A program made the translations under genes and the position numbers. From a virus (lineage: Duplodnaviria; Caudoviricetes), in the IMG/VR virus record IMGVR_UViG_3300034993_000144, positions 1 to 25,144 of that record: a stretch of DNA of 25,144 nt. One strand, 5' to 3'. Each line of letters begins with the position of its first letter. The stretch's first letter is position 1. This document shows, piece after piece, positions 8,655 through 16,952 of the stretch. Under the pieces are notes generated by a model, which saw only the letters and a list, made by a program, of their open reading frames with translations, had not been told where the DNA came from and ran no database searches.

Positions 8655-8996
8655 ATGAGCACGATCTGCACAGTGTCAGAGTTGCGGCAATACCTGGATC
8701 AGATCGGCGTGAGTGCCGAGAAGGATGCGCTGTTGCAGGTGGTGCTTGACCGTGCGGAGGCGACGGTGACGCGCTACCTGACCGGCGTGACCATCGAAGC
8801 ACCCGCGCCGGAAGATATCAAGCAGATCGTGCTTGAGGTTGCGACCGGCTACCACCAGACACGCGGGGTAGTAGCCGGCACGCAATCTATGGGGCCGGAT
8901 GGTGTCGTGACGCTGGTGCCATCTGGTGGCCTCACAGGACCACAGAAGGCCGCACTCAGGCAGTACCGGATCGAGCAAGGCGCGATAGCTTTTTAG
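8655..8996 (+). CDS. Head-tail connector (gp6/gp15-like adaptor)
   Basis: CTVSELRQYL...DALLQ..LDRAE...PEDIKQIVLE; immediately after capsid gene. Confidence 0.8.
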   Translation: MSTICTVSELRQYLDQIGVSAEKDALLQVVLDRAEATVTRYLTGVTIEAPAPEDIKQIVLEVATGYHQTRGVVAGTQSMGPDGVVTLVPSGGLTGPQKAALRQYRIEQGAIAF

Positions 8997-9235
8997 CTTT
9001 GGGGCATAAGTCGGAGTTGTATACCCATGTGCTCGGATGAAACATCGACAGGAATACCAAAGAGGCTGACGTTGCCAATCGCGGAGAACACGATGGCTGT
9101 AGGTCGCAGCTCGTCAGTAATGTCCATCCAGATCGCTGGACTGATCTGCCAGAGGACCGGCGTATACCCGTCTGCCCGCAGGCTGTCTACCAGGTATCTG
9201 CATACGTCACGATGGCTCAAGTCACGCTCACCCAT
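8993..9235 (-). CDS. 80-aa protein resembling an isolated HK97 capsid A-domain
   Basis: Pattern DSLRADGYTPVLWQISPAIWMDI...SLFGIPVDVS parallels the MCP segment AVEWAGGVVDAIVVNPLDWGEL...SFNGYPVVKS; has its own predicted promoter. Confidence 0.65.
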   Translation of the reverse strand: MGERDLSHRDVCRYLVDSLRADGYTPVLWQISPAIWMDITDELRPTAIVFSAIGNVSLFGIPVDVSSEHMGIQLRLMPQS

Positions 9236-9241
9236 GAGGCA

Positions 9242-9250
9242 ATTCTAGCA
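9242..9250 (-). promoter_or_regulatory. Extended -10 promoter, leaderless transcript
   Basis: Minus strand TGcTAGAAT followed 6 nt later by ATG 9235; no SD. Confidence 0.7.
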
Positions 9251-9269
9251 TGTGCGGGATAGCGTTCTG

Positions 9270-9485
9270 ATGCGAACTGAGGACGAGCTACGCGCCGAGC
9301 TTGCAAGGGCAAAGAGCCTCCTGCGCGACGTGCTAGCGCAGTATCCAGATACGCATTGGCTGCCGTCTCAGTGGCACGGATACATCATGGCGCTCGAATG
9401 GATGATACCTGTCGGCAAGTTCAAGATGATGGAAACCAGACGTAGGCAACGGGCCGAAAAGGAACGCGCCGATGGCAGCAGATGA
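9270..9485 (+). CDS. Hypothetical protein
   Basis: MRTEDELRAELARAK...; ATG 9270 in a TGATG junction; overlaps next gene. Confidence 0.6.
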   Translation: MRTEDELRAELARAKSLLRDVLAQYPDTHWLPSQWHGYIMALEWMIPVGKFKMMETRRRQRAEKERADGSR

Positions 9486-9897
9486 CTTCACCCGCGTTGC
9501 CGGCCAGCTTGAACGCCTGGTCCCAAAGACGTTGCCGGATGCAATGCATGCAGTCGTTTTGCAGGGTGTCGCCATTATGAAACGTGAGACGCCACGCAAG
9601 ACAGGCCGTCTGTCGAGGTCGATCAATGGCCGGGTTGAAGCGCAAGGCAAACGTGGCATCGTGGATACCAACGTGGCCTACGCGACTGCCGTTGACGAGG
9701 GGTCACCACGGCGCGACATCGTACCTCGACGAGCAAAGGCGCTGTTCTGGAAGGGTGCGCGGCATCCGGTCCGCAAGGTCACGATACCAGCGCGGAAGGG
9801 GCGGCACTTCAAACAGCACACGGTAGAACGACTGCGACCAATCGCCGAGAAGGAACTGAGTCAGGTGTTCGGGCAAGCTTTGGGGCGTATCTCGTGA
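9472..9897 (+). CDS. HK97 gp10-like neck/tail-completion protein
   Basis: TPRKTGRLSRSI, TNVAYATAVDEG, KALFW, HPVRKV motifs. Confidence 0.85.
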   Translation: MAADDFTRVAGQLERLVPKTLPDAMHAVVLQGVAIMKRETPRKTGRLSRSINGRVEAQGKRGIVDTNVAYATAVDEGSPRRDIVPRRAKALFWKGARHPVRKVTIPARKGRHFKQHTVERLRPIAEKELSQVFGQALGRIS

Positions 9898-10304
9898 GTG
9901 CGGTAGCGGCACGGCAAGGGCTGATTGACTGCATCAGCACGATCACGAGCCTCCATGTACTCGACGCTGAACCCTTCTCACTGCAAGAGCGACCAGCCGC
10001 CATTATCTCGCTCATCGGCGGCACGTTCAATCCAACGGCCAAAGTGAACGCGCGTGTGTGGCGCTTTGCTGTGCGGGTCTGTGTTGCCCTGCAGGATCCG
10101 GTTGAAGCTGAGGCAGAGTTGGTGCCATACGCCGACCTTGTTGGTGAAGCGATCCGGGCCGATATGAGACTCGGCGAACGGGCCTCAGTGTTGCGCGGTT
10201 GGGAAGTCAGCAGTGAAGGTGGCGACGGCTACTACACGGTCAACGATACGACCTATCGCTCACTGGTATTCCGGCTCGATGTGACAGACAAACTTGACTC
10301 ATAA
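9894..10304 (+). CDS. Putative tail terminator/completion protein
   Basis: Size, position before tail tube, alpha/beta pattern with AIRADMRLG. Confidence 0.65.
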   Translation: MSAVAARQGLIDCISTITSLHVLDAEPFSLQERPAAIISLIGGTFNPTAKVNARVWRFAVRVCVALQDPVEAEAELVPYADLVGEAIRADMRLGERASVLRGWEVSSEGGDGYYTVNDTTYRSLVFRLDVTDKLDS

Positions 10305-10318
10305 GGGGGAGGGGAGCT

Positions 10319-10549
10319 ATGCCAATCTACCGTTACTTTGACGAATCCAAACTAGGGCCGGGTGACGGGCTACCGCTCGGTGTGCCCGCGCGTGACCTGA
10401 CGGAGGACGAGTACAACGAGTTTCCTGAACACGTTCGTACGAGCATTGACGCGTGGGCAGCGTTCCGTAAGACGAAACCCAAAGCAACCAAAGAGGCGGC
10501 AGAGCCCGAACCCGAACCCGAACCGACTGATGAGGTCGCGCCGGTCTAG
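10319..10549 (+). CDS. Small virion-associated hypothetical protein
   Basis: Strong GGAGG RBS; GVPARDLTEDEY; EP repeats. Confidence 0.75.
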   Translation: MPIYRYFDESKLGPGDGLPLGVPARDLTEDEYNEFPEHVRTSIDAWAAFRKTKPKATKEAAEPEPEPEPTDEVAPV

Positions 10550-10580
10550 TCCACCTCTGGTGGGAATAGGTTGACATAAA

Positions 10581-11579
10581 GTGGAGATTGCCTTCGAGGA
10601 ATTTTTGGGTGCACTTGAGGTCACGCGCGGGACGGTGATCCCGGTCCCAACACATAGCTTCTATCTGGGCGGGACCATCCAACAGGCGATGGACGTGTAC
10701 CGCAAGACCATCACGGACGGCACCCTGGAGCTGTACGCATCGGAGACGATCACCCGCAAGTGGTCGGAGTGGCAAGTCAGCGGCGCGATTGACACCTACA
10801 ATGCGCCGTTCTGGTTCAATATGCTGGTCAAGCCAGTAACCACTGGTGTGGCACCACCAGGTGGCACCACCTCGCGGCTATGGACCTTCACGCCGATAGT
10901 AACCTCTGATGTGCAGAAATCGGCAACGCTGTTCTTTGGCGATCCGAACGTGCAAATCTGGCAAGCCGCGTATTCGATGGCCGATGCGTTCACCATCACG
11001 AGCGATGCTACTGGCACGGATCCGGTGATGATTGAAATAAACGGGATGGGGCAACCCATGACCAAAGTCTCCGATCCGGTTGTGCCGACGCGGGCCGTGG
11101 GCGATGCGTTGCTGCCGACCTATATGCAATGCTGGATTGATACCGGGGCAGGCGTCATCGGGACAACCGAGGTTGTCTCACGGCTGGTATCGGCAACGCT
11201 CTCGGCAGACCTGACACGGACACGCAAGTTTCTCCCAGGTGGGCCGACGAGCGGTCTGAGCTTCAACCGGACGGGCGTCGGCAAACGCGCCGCGACGAGT
11301 ACGCTGCGGTTCGAGGTTCCCGATACAGCCGAGTGGGATCTGATGGACGCCGGGACACCGTGCAAAGTCAGGGTCCGCATCAGCGGGGCACCAATCGCAG
11401 CTGATCCGGGCCAATATCACTATATCCAATGGGACATTTTTGGTATCCTCGCGGAACCCGCGTGGGGTGAGTTTGAAACAACCAACCGGACCTTAGACGT
11501 GACCATCACCAGCACCAAAGATGCGACGGTTGGCTATAGCTGGGCATTGTATGTTCAGTCGAATCGGACGACGCTATGA
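10581..11579 (+). CDS. Major tail (tube) protein
   Basis: 332 aa, Thr/Gly-rich beta protein preceding chaperones and tape measure. Confidence 0.8.
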   Translation: MEIAFEEFLGALEVTRGTVIPVPTHSFYLGGTIQQAMDVYRKTITDGTLELYASETITRKWSEWQVSGAIDTYNAPFWFNMLVKPVTTGVAPPGGTTSRLWTFTPIVTSDVQKSATLFFGDPNVQIWQAAYSMADAFTITSDATGTDPVMIEINGMGQPMTKVSDPVVPTRAVGDALLPTYMQCWIDTGAGVIGTTEVVSRLVSATLSADLTRTRKFLPGGPTSGLSFNRTGVGKRAATSTLRFEVPDTAEWDLMDAGTPCKVRVRISGAPIAADPGQYHYIQWDIFGILAEPAWGEFETTNRTLDVTITSTKDATVGYSWALYVQSNRTTL

Positions 11580-12010
11580 CCATCTCGGCATTTGTAGACA
11601 CAACCCGGCTGGCCGTCACTGATGGCGACGATACGATCTATATCAAGCCGCGGATGGATTATGGAACGTGGTGCAGAGTGCGCGACACGCTGGCACGCAT
11701 GGCGATTGCCAACGGCCAGGTCGGTGAGTTGCACGTCACCACCGGCAGTCAGGAGCTCGCACTGGCGATACACAATATAGTCGGTTGGGATGGACCCGCG
11801 TTCGTGGACCCGATGACCAAACGAGCAGTGCCATGTACGCCGGAGAACATCGAGCGATTGGAACGGATGCTTCCGGTGTTTATCAAGGCGCGCGAGAAGA
11901 TCAACGAGGTTAACACGGATGCAATGCCTGACCCAAACGCATCGACCGCTGGCTCTCAGTCCTCGATGGTAAGGCTGGTGAGACCGGCGGAAGCTATGAC
12001 CTCTACGTGA
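11576..12010 (+). CDS. Tail assembly chaperone (gpG-like)
   Basis: IVGWDG...PCTPENIERL motif; between tube and tape measure; contains slippery site. Confidence 0.85.
   Translation: MTISAFVDTTRLAVTDGDDTIYIKPRMDYGTWCRVRDTLARMAIANGQVGELHVTTGSQELALAIHNIVGWDGPAFVDPMTKRAVPCTPENIERLERMLPVFIKAREKINEVNTDAMPDPNASTAGSQSSMVRLVRPAEAMTST
11932..11938 (+). other. Programmed -1 frameshift heptamer C CCA AAC
   Basis: X XXY YYZ in the correct phase; the -1 frame is open from 11932 to 12228. Confidence 0.85.
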
Positions 12011-12228
12011 TCTTTGCGGACGCGTATCACTGGACACCGGACCAGGTTGACCGGATGCCGGCGCAGTTTGTCGCTGAGCTGCTGGCGTACCGCACGGCTC
12101 AGGGCGACCATGCTGTGCAGGAGGCCGACCTCGACAGCAATGCCCGTGAGCGCAGACAGAAAGCACTCATCACAAAGCGAAAGATCGCAATTATGAAACG
12201 CAGGAACGGTGATGGCAAGCACCGCTGA
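11932..12228 (+). CDS. Tail chaperone frameshift extension (gpT-like)
   Basis: -1 frame RIDRWLSVLDG...YHWTPDQVDRMP, a typical gpT motif. Confidence 0.8.
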   Translation, partial: PKRIDRWLSVLDGKAGETGGSYDLYVIFADAYHWTPDQVDRMPAQFVAELLAYRTAQGDHAVQEADLDSNARERRQKALITKRKIAIMKRRNGDGKHR

Positions 12229-14425
12229 ACTGAACCTGGTCATTGGCGTTGTCGATAAGGCCTCCGCTGGTCTGAGTAAGATCGGCGGGAGTTTAGGCAC
12301 CATCGGGAAAGCGGTGGGCGGCCTGGCGTTCGGTGGTGCAATCGTGGGGGCGGGTGCGCTGGGTGCCGCGCTCGCGTCCGGCATCGGGGATGCCAGAGAA
12401 GCCAACCTGGTCATGGCACAAACGCAAGCGGTTATCGAAAGTACAGGTGGCGCGGCGGGATTCTCGGCAGAACAGATCGCGGATATGGCGGGGTCATTGT
12501 CGGCAGCATCGGGCAAGAGTTTATTTGGCGACGACGACATCCAACGTGGTCAAAATATGCTTCTTACTTTTACGAACATCACCGCCAAACTCCCCGATAC
12601 CACGCAGGTCATGCTCGACATGGCGCAGGCGCTCGGCACGGATGCGGGCGGCGCTGCTGTCCAGCTCGGCAAGGCGCTCAACAATCCGATTGAGGGCGTG
12701 AGTGCGCTTACGAAGGTCGGCGTGACCTTCACCAAGGAACAGAAGGAACAGATCAAGGCCATGCAACTGGCCGGGGATATGGCCGGAGCGCAGGCGGTCA
12801 TCCTTGCAGAACTCAATAAAGAGTTTGGCGGGTCTGCTGCTGCTGCTGCTAAGGCCGATGGTGGCATGGCGCAGTTTACCGACAGCATGGGGGAACTCGC
12901 GGAGAGCGTCGGCGCGCAGGTGTTGCCGGCCTTAAACGGCATGATGGCCTGGTTGAACAGTCCAGAGATACAGGCCGGGATCGAGTCGCTCGTCGATGGT
13001 CTGGTCAACGGGCTGGGTGCCGCGTTCACCTGGCTGTCCGACACAGCGATCCCGGCAATCGTGACACCGATCATGAATGCCGCACACGCCTTCAATCTCT
13101 GGAGCAACTTCACCGGCATCGCGGGCGGTATCCAGGCGGCGCTCCAATCAATCGGTGAGTCTGTTCCGTTCCTTGAGCCGCTGACGACCTGGCTGAGCGA
13201 TGTGCTCCCCGGCGCTATCAGTCTCGCCGTGACCGCCTTCAATCTTGTACGAGATAGTGTGCTGACCTTTATCGCCGCCTATAACGGCGAGTGGCAGAAC
13301 AGCGACAAGATCCTGCTGATCAACCAGGCGTTTGGAGTGCTTGGGCAAGTGCTCGGCGGGGTCGTCGTGCCTGCGATCCAGAGCGTGATCACCGCCTTCG
13401 GGGAGTGGGTAACAGCCATGGGGGGGGTCTCAGGTATTCTTACGACCGTCTCTGCGTTCGTCAGCGACAATCTAGCGGCGATCCTGTCATCCCTCGCCGC
13501 TATGCTGATCACCGTGGTTGTCCCGGCGTTTGTGGCCTGGTCCGTTGCGGCTGCAACGGCGGCTGTGGCAACCATTACCGCACTCGCGCCGGTCCTGCTG
13601 CCAATCGCGGCCATCGGCGCGGCGGTCGGTCTGCTCGTCACCATCTGGGATCGTGATTGGGGCGGGATGCGTACCACCATCACAACCTGGTGGAATACTG
13701 ATGTCGCACCGATCCTTTTGGCGGTCAAAGCGTGGCTCGACGAGAAGATACCAGCCGCCAATCTCGCTATGAAAACAGCCTGGGAAACAGCATGGACCGC
13801 GATCAAGACTGCGATTGATACCGCCTGGTCATGGATGCAAACCAACGTCTTTCCGCTCCTGATAGCTGCGATGAAGCTGGTTGGCACGACCATCGACACG
13901 CTCAAATCAGATTGGGATACAGCATGGACGGCGATCAAGAACGCGATAAGCACGGCATGGACATTCATGCAAACCGATGTCTTTCCGCTGATCAACACCG
14001 CGATTGACCTGGTTGGAACGACCATCTCAACGCTTCAATCAGCCTGGGGTACAGCGTGGAGCGCGATTACTGGCGCGGTATCTGCCGCATCGTCAACCAT
14101 TTCCGGCATCATCGAAGGGATTATGAATGCGATCCGGACTGCGATTGACGCTATCAACGAACTCATTCGTCTGATCAGCCTCATACCGGGCGTCGAGCTA
14201 CCGCCTATACCGGGCGGCTCGGAGAGCAAGAGTCTACCAGGGGCGACGGGAGAGCAACCGCTCACGAGCCAGTCATTAACCCCTATACCGCTTGGGGCAG
14301 GCGGCGGGAGTCTCACCACGAATAACATTGTGATCTACCAGCTACCAGGCGAGGATACGCGGGTGTTGGCGGGCCGCGTGGCAGATGAAATCGACCGGCG
14401 TAACCGGCTGGCGAGGACGAGATAA
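12212..14425 (+). CDS. Tape measure protein
   Basis: LVIGVVDKAS N-terminus, Ala/Gly-rich helices, LGKALNNP, Trp-periodic ~40-aa repeats at about 13780-14070. Confidence 0.92.
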   Translation: MASTAELNLVIGVVDKASAGLSKIGGSLGTIGKAVGGLAFGGAIVGAGALGAALASGIGDAREANLVMAQTQAVIESTGGAAGFSAEQIADMAGSLSAASGKSLFGDDDIQRGQNMLLTFTNITAKLPDTTQVMLDMAQALGTDAGGAAVQLGKALNNPIEGVSALTKVGVTFTKEQKEQIKAMQLAGDMAGAQAVILAELNKEFGGSAAAAAKADGGMAQFTDSMGELAESVGAQVLPALNGMMAWLNSPEIQAGIESLVDGLVNGLGAAFTWLSDTAIPAIVTPIMNAAHAFNLWSNFTGIAGGIQAALQSIGESVPFLEPLTTWLSDVLPGAISLAVTAFNLVRDSVLTFIAAYNGEWQNSDKILLINQAFGVLGQVLGGVVVPAIQSVITAFGEWVTAMGGVSGILTTVSAFVSDNLAAILSSLAAMLITVVVPAFVAWSVAAATAAVATITALAPVLLPIAAIGAAVGLLVTIWDRDWGGMRTTITTWWNTDVAPILLAVKAWLDEKIPAANLAMKTAWETAWTAIKTAIDTAWSWMQTNVFPLLIAAMKLVGTTIDTLKSDWDTAWTAIKNAISTAWTFMQTDVFPLINTAIDLVGTTISTLQSAWGTAWSAITGAVSAASSTISGIIEGIMNAIRTAIDAINELIRLISLIPGVELPPIPGGSESKSLPGATGEQPLTSQSLTPIPLGAGGGSLTTNNIVIYQLPGEDTRVLAGRVADEIDRRNRLARTR

Positions 14426-15903
14426 TGTCTCATGTTCTGAGCTTAAGCGATGGCACAACGACGCTTGACCTGGCGATGACCACGGTAGCCGGCTACCATT
14501 TCGTCTCATATGGCGCACCTCGTCCGAATCGCAAGCTGGCGCGCGTGTCCGGCTTCCCGTTCGCGGATGGCAGTCGGACAGTAGCGTCCAGCCTGGACGA
14601 TGTGGCGGCTGAGTTCGTGGTCAACATTGTTGGGACAACCGCAGACAACCTCGACGCGCGCTTTCAGACGCTCATCCTGATGCTCGAGCAGGCGCAGCGG
14701 TGGGAGGAGCAGCGTATCGGCTCTCCCGTCCGGTTGAAGTTCGCGCGCCAGGGCGTCACGCAGCCGAGCTACCGCGTGGTGACGGGTGTGCCACTGATGC
14801 CGGAGCCGATTGATACCGATATCAACTGGCTGGATATGTCGAGCATCGCAACCGAGTTGACCGTACAGTTTACGCTCACGCTTGCCCCAGTGCCGCACAC
14901 CGGAGCGATGAGCAGTATTGCAAGTGCAATAAGTGTCATAAATAGCCCAGGCAATAACGCAATCAATACCTCGGTTGTGCCCGGTGACATGCCCGCGCCG
15001 CTTGCGCTGATTGTCACGAATACCAGCGGCGTTACCTGGTCGGAAGTGTGGGTTGCCGAGCTGGGCGATGCGCCAATCGTCCATGAGTTTGATACCATCG
15101 TGGATGCAACGGCCAGTGGCGCGGGGTCTGACGAGTTCGTGGTCACGAGCGGGACGAGCCTTGCGACGGTCACGACCTGGGCGCCGACCACGAATGACCC
15201 GGTGCGGGCAATGGCGCGTATCAAGGTGACGGCTGGCACACCGGGTCTGCTGGAGCTGCGCTTCGCACTCATCGGCGGGACTGCTGGCACGATCTTCCAG
15301 GTAGCGACGTGGGTGGCGTTTCCGGGTGTGGTCAACGAGTGGGCATTGGTTGACCTCGGACCGCTGCTGATTCCAGCGACCTTTACCAATCGTGCCAATC
15401 AGGACAACTCCTCCAAGATACTGCTCAGCGTCGAGGCGCGCAGTCGTGACGGCTCATCCGTGACGATCCGTGCTGACTATATCGAGTTCATTCCGATCCG
15501 GTCATTCGTGAAACTCAAAGCGGCCATCGCCGATACGCAGAAGCTCATCTACGAATCGGTAGCGCGTGATGATACGTTCGTGTTTCCGCTGGTGAGTCCA
15601 GACCAGTACGTGACGTCGACAACGGCAGTCCTGGTCCGTAACGCCGAACGATTCGGGGTGCTGCATCCACTGACGCCAGGCGATACGCCGCCGTTCTGGA
15701 TCGCCATGCACGAAGCAACCCGCCATACAGCCGCATCAGGCGGGACGTTGAGCGTGCAAGTGTTGCCTTCGTACTCAATTGGATTAAGAGGCGCTGTCTG
15801 GTGCAGGTGCGCGTGCTGGACAAAGAAGGCAACCATCCGACCGGACTCCCCACCACGAATCTCAAAGCCGATCTCAGCGGGCGTATCTCCGACCTGTCAA
15901 TGA
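14425..15903 (+). CDS. Distal tail (Dit-like) protein with inserted beta-sandwich domain
   Basis: TAATG-coupled to tape measure; PGDMPAPL motif; last ~34 aa likely a read-through extension (see findings). Confidence 0.7.
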   Translation: MSHVLSLSDGTTTLDLAMTTVAGYHFVSYGAPRPNRKLARVSGFPFADGSRTVASSLDDVAAEFVVNIVGTTADNLDARFQTLILMLEQAQRWEEQRIGSPVRLKFARQGVTQPSYRVVTGVPLMPEPIDTDINWLDMSSIATELTVQFTLTLAPVPHTGAMSSIASAISVINSPGNNAINTSVVPGDMPAPLALIVTNTSGVTWSEVWVAELGDAPIVHEFDTIVDATASGAGSDEFVVTSGTSLATVTTWAPTTNDPVRAMARIKVTAGTPGLLELRFALIGGTAGTIFQVATWVAFPGVVNEWALVDLGPLLIPATFTNRANQDNSSKILLSVEARSRDGSSVTIRADYIEFIPIRSFVKLKAAIADTQKLIYESVARDDTFVFPLVSPDQYVTSTTAVLVRNAERFGVLHPLTPGDTPPFWIAMHEATRHTAASGGTLSVQVLPSYSIGLRGAVWCRCACWTKKATIRPDSPPRISKPISAGVSPTCQ

Positions 15904-16952
15904 CTCATGCGGCCATGTGGGGGCCGCTGGAGGCACGCATTGCACTAGCAGGCACGTTCGATGAAGGCTATGCGATTGCCGACCGCTGGTTGGGTTGTCC
16001 GGTCGAAATCTGGTCAGACAACGGGGAGTGGTTGTGGGAAGGGTTCATCTGGAGTGTCCGGTTTGGGACGGGACGCCGCCGGCGCACCCGCAGCCTGGAA
16101 GGATACGCGGAGTGGGGCCGCATCTTTTACAACTACGTGCCGCTGGCCGGCCTGCCACCGGATGAGCCGCCGCGCACGCTGGTGGTTGGTCCGGATGCCT
16201 ATGATGGCAGGTATCCAAGCTTTGCCTACACGCTGAGCGGTCTGTGGCCGACTGAGTACGCTACACGCAAGGCTGAGTCATTGCTGGCATCCCGGCGTCG
16301 TCTGTTGTGGTTGCCTGAGTCAAGCGGAGGCGCACCCGACAGCGGAGGTGAGCCGCTTATTGAGATTGAGTGTCTGGGCTGGTACCGGACGCTGTGGTAC
16401 TCGCAGTATTACTACTCGGCCACCAACCCGTACGAACTGGAGTGGGTGCTGGATATCATCCGGACGATTCTCCACGATACGCATCTTGGATCGGCGCCGT
16501 ATCTCATCGATGACCAGTCCCACATCATCGGGGATAACCTCGATGCGATTGTGCATATCTTCGACAAGTTCGAGCCACCGGGCGAGATTATCAAGCGGTT
16601 GACGCGCCAGGCGGCTGGTCCGCTCACCGGCACCAAAGAGTTTGTGTTTGGCGTCGGACAGGGCCGGATTCCGTACCTCCACGAATCGAAGCGGTATAGC
16701 AGCGCGGTTGACTACCTGGAGCAGCTCGACGGCACGATCACGGACACAAGCGGGGCGCCGATTCCGCTGTATCTGGTGCGACCGGATAGTGTCCTCCGTC
16801 AAGTAGACTTTGTGCCGTCATCGGTTGCTCCTGGCGTGTCGATTGAGAGCATCGAGAACATCTATATGTCTGAGACTATATGGTCATCTCCCGGCGAACT
16901 GTCCTACAAGAGCGGAGTTCAAGGTGTGTTAGGGGAGATCGAAGATTCATGA
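15801..16952 (+). CDS. Tail tip/hub protein
   Basis: WLGCPVEIW...LWEGFI, IECLGWYRTL; position after Dit. Confidence 0.7.
   Translation: MQVRVLDKEGNHPTGLPTTNLKADLSGRISDLSMTHAAMWGPLEARIALAGTFDEGYAIADRWLGCPVEIWSDNGEWLWEGFIWSVRFGTGRRRRTRSLEGYAEWGRIFYNYVPLAGLPPDEPPRTLVVGPDAYDGRYPSFAYTLSGLWPTEYATRKAESLLASRRRLLWLPESSGGAPDSGGEPLIEIECLGWYRTLWYSQYYYSATNPYELEWVLDIIRTILHDTHLGSAPYLIDDQSHIIGDNLDAIVHIFDKFEPPGEIIKRLTRQAAGPLTGTKEFVFGVGQGRIPYLHESKRYSSAVDYLEQLDGTITDTSGAPIPLYLVRPDSVLRQVDFVPSSVAPGVSIESIENIYMSETIWSSPGELSYKSGVQGVLGEIEDS

Noticed and set aside
13780-14070. Tandem ~120-nt repeats as a DGR template/variable pair
   Set aside because: Ordinary tape-measure repeats; differences are not adenine-specific and there is no reverse transcriptase in the window.
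12550-15398. Several long - strand ORFs across tape measure and Dit
   Set aside because: Antisense shadows expected in GC-rich coding DNA; no RBS, promoter or motif support.
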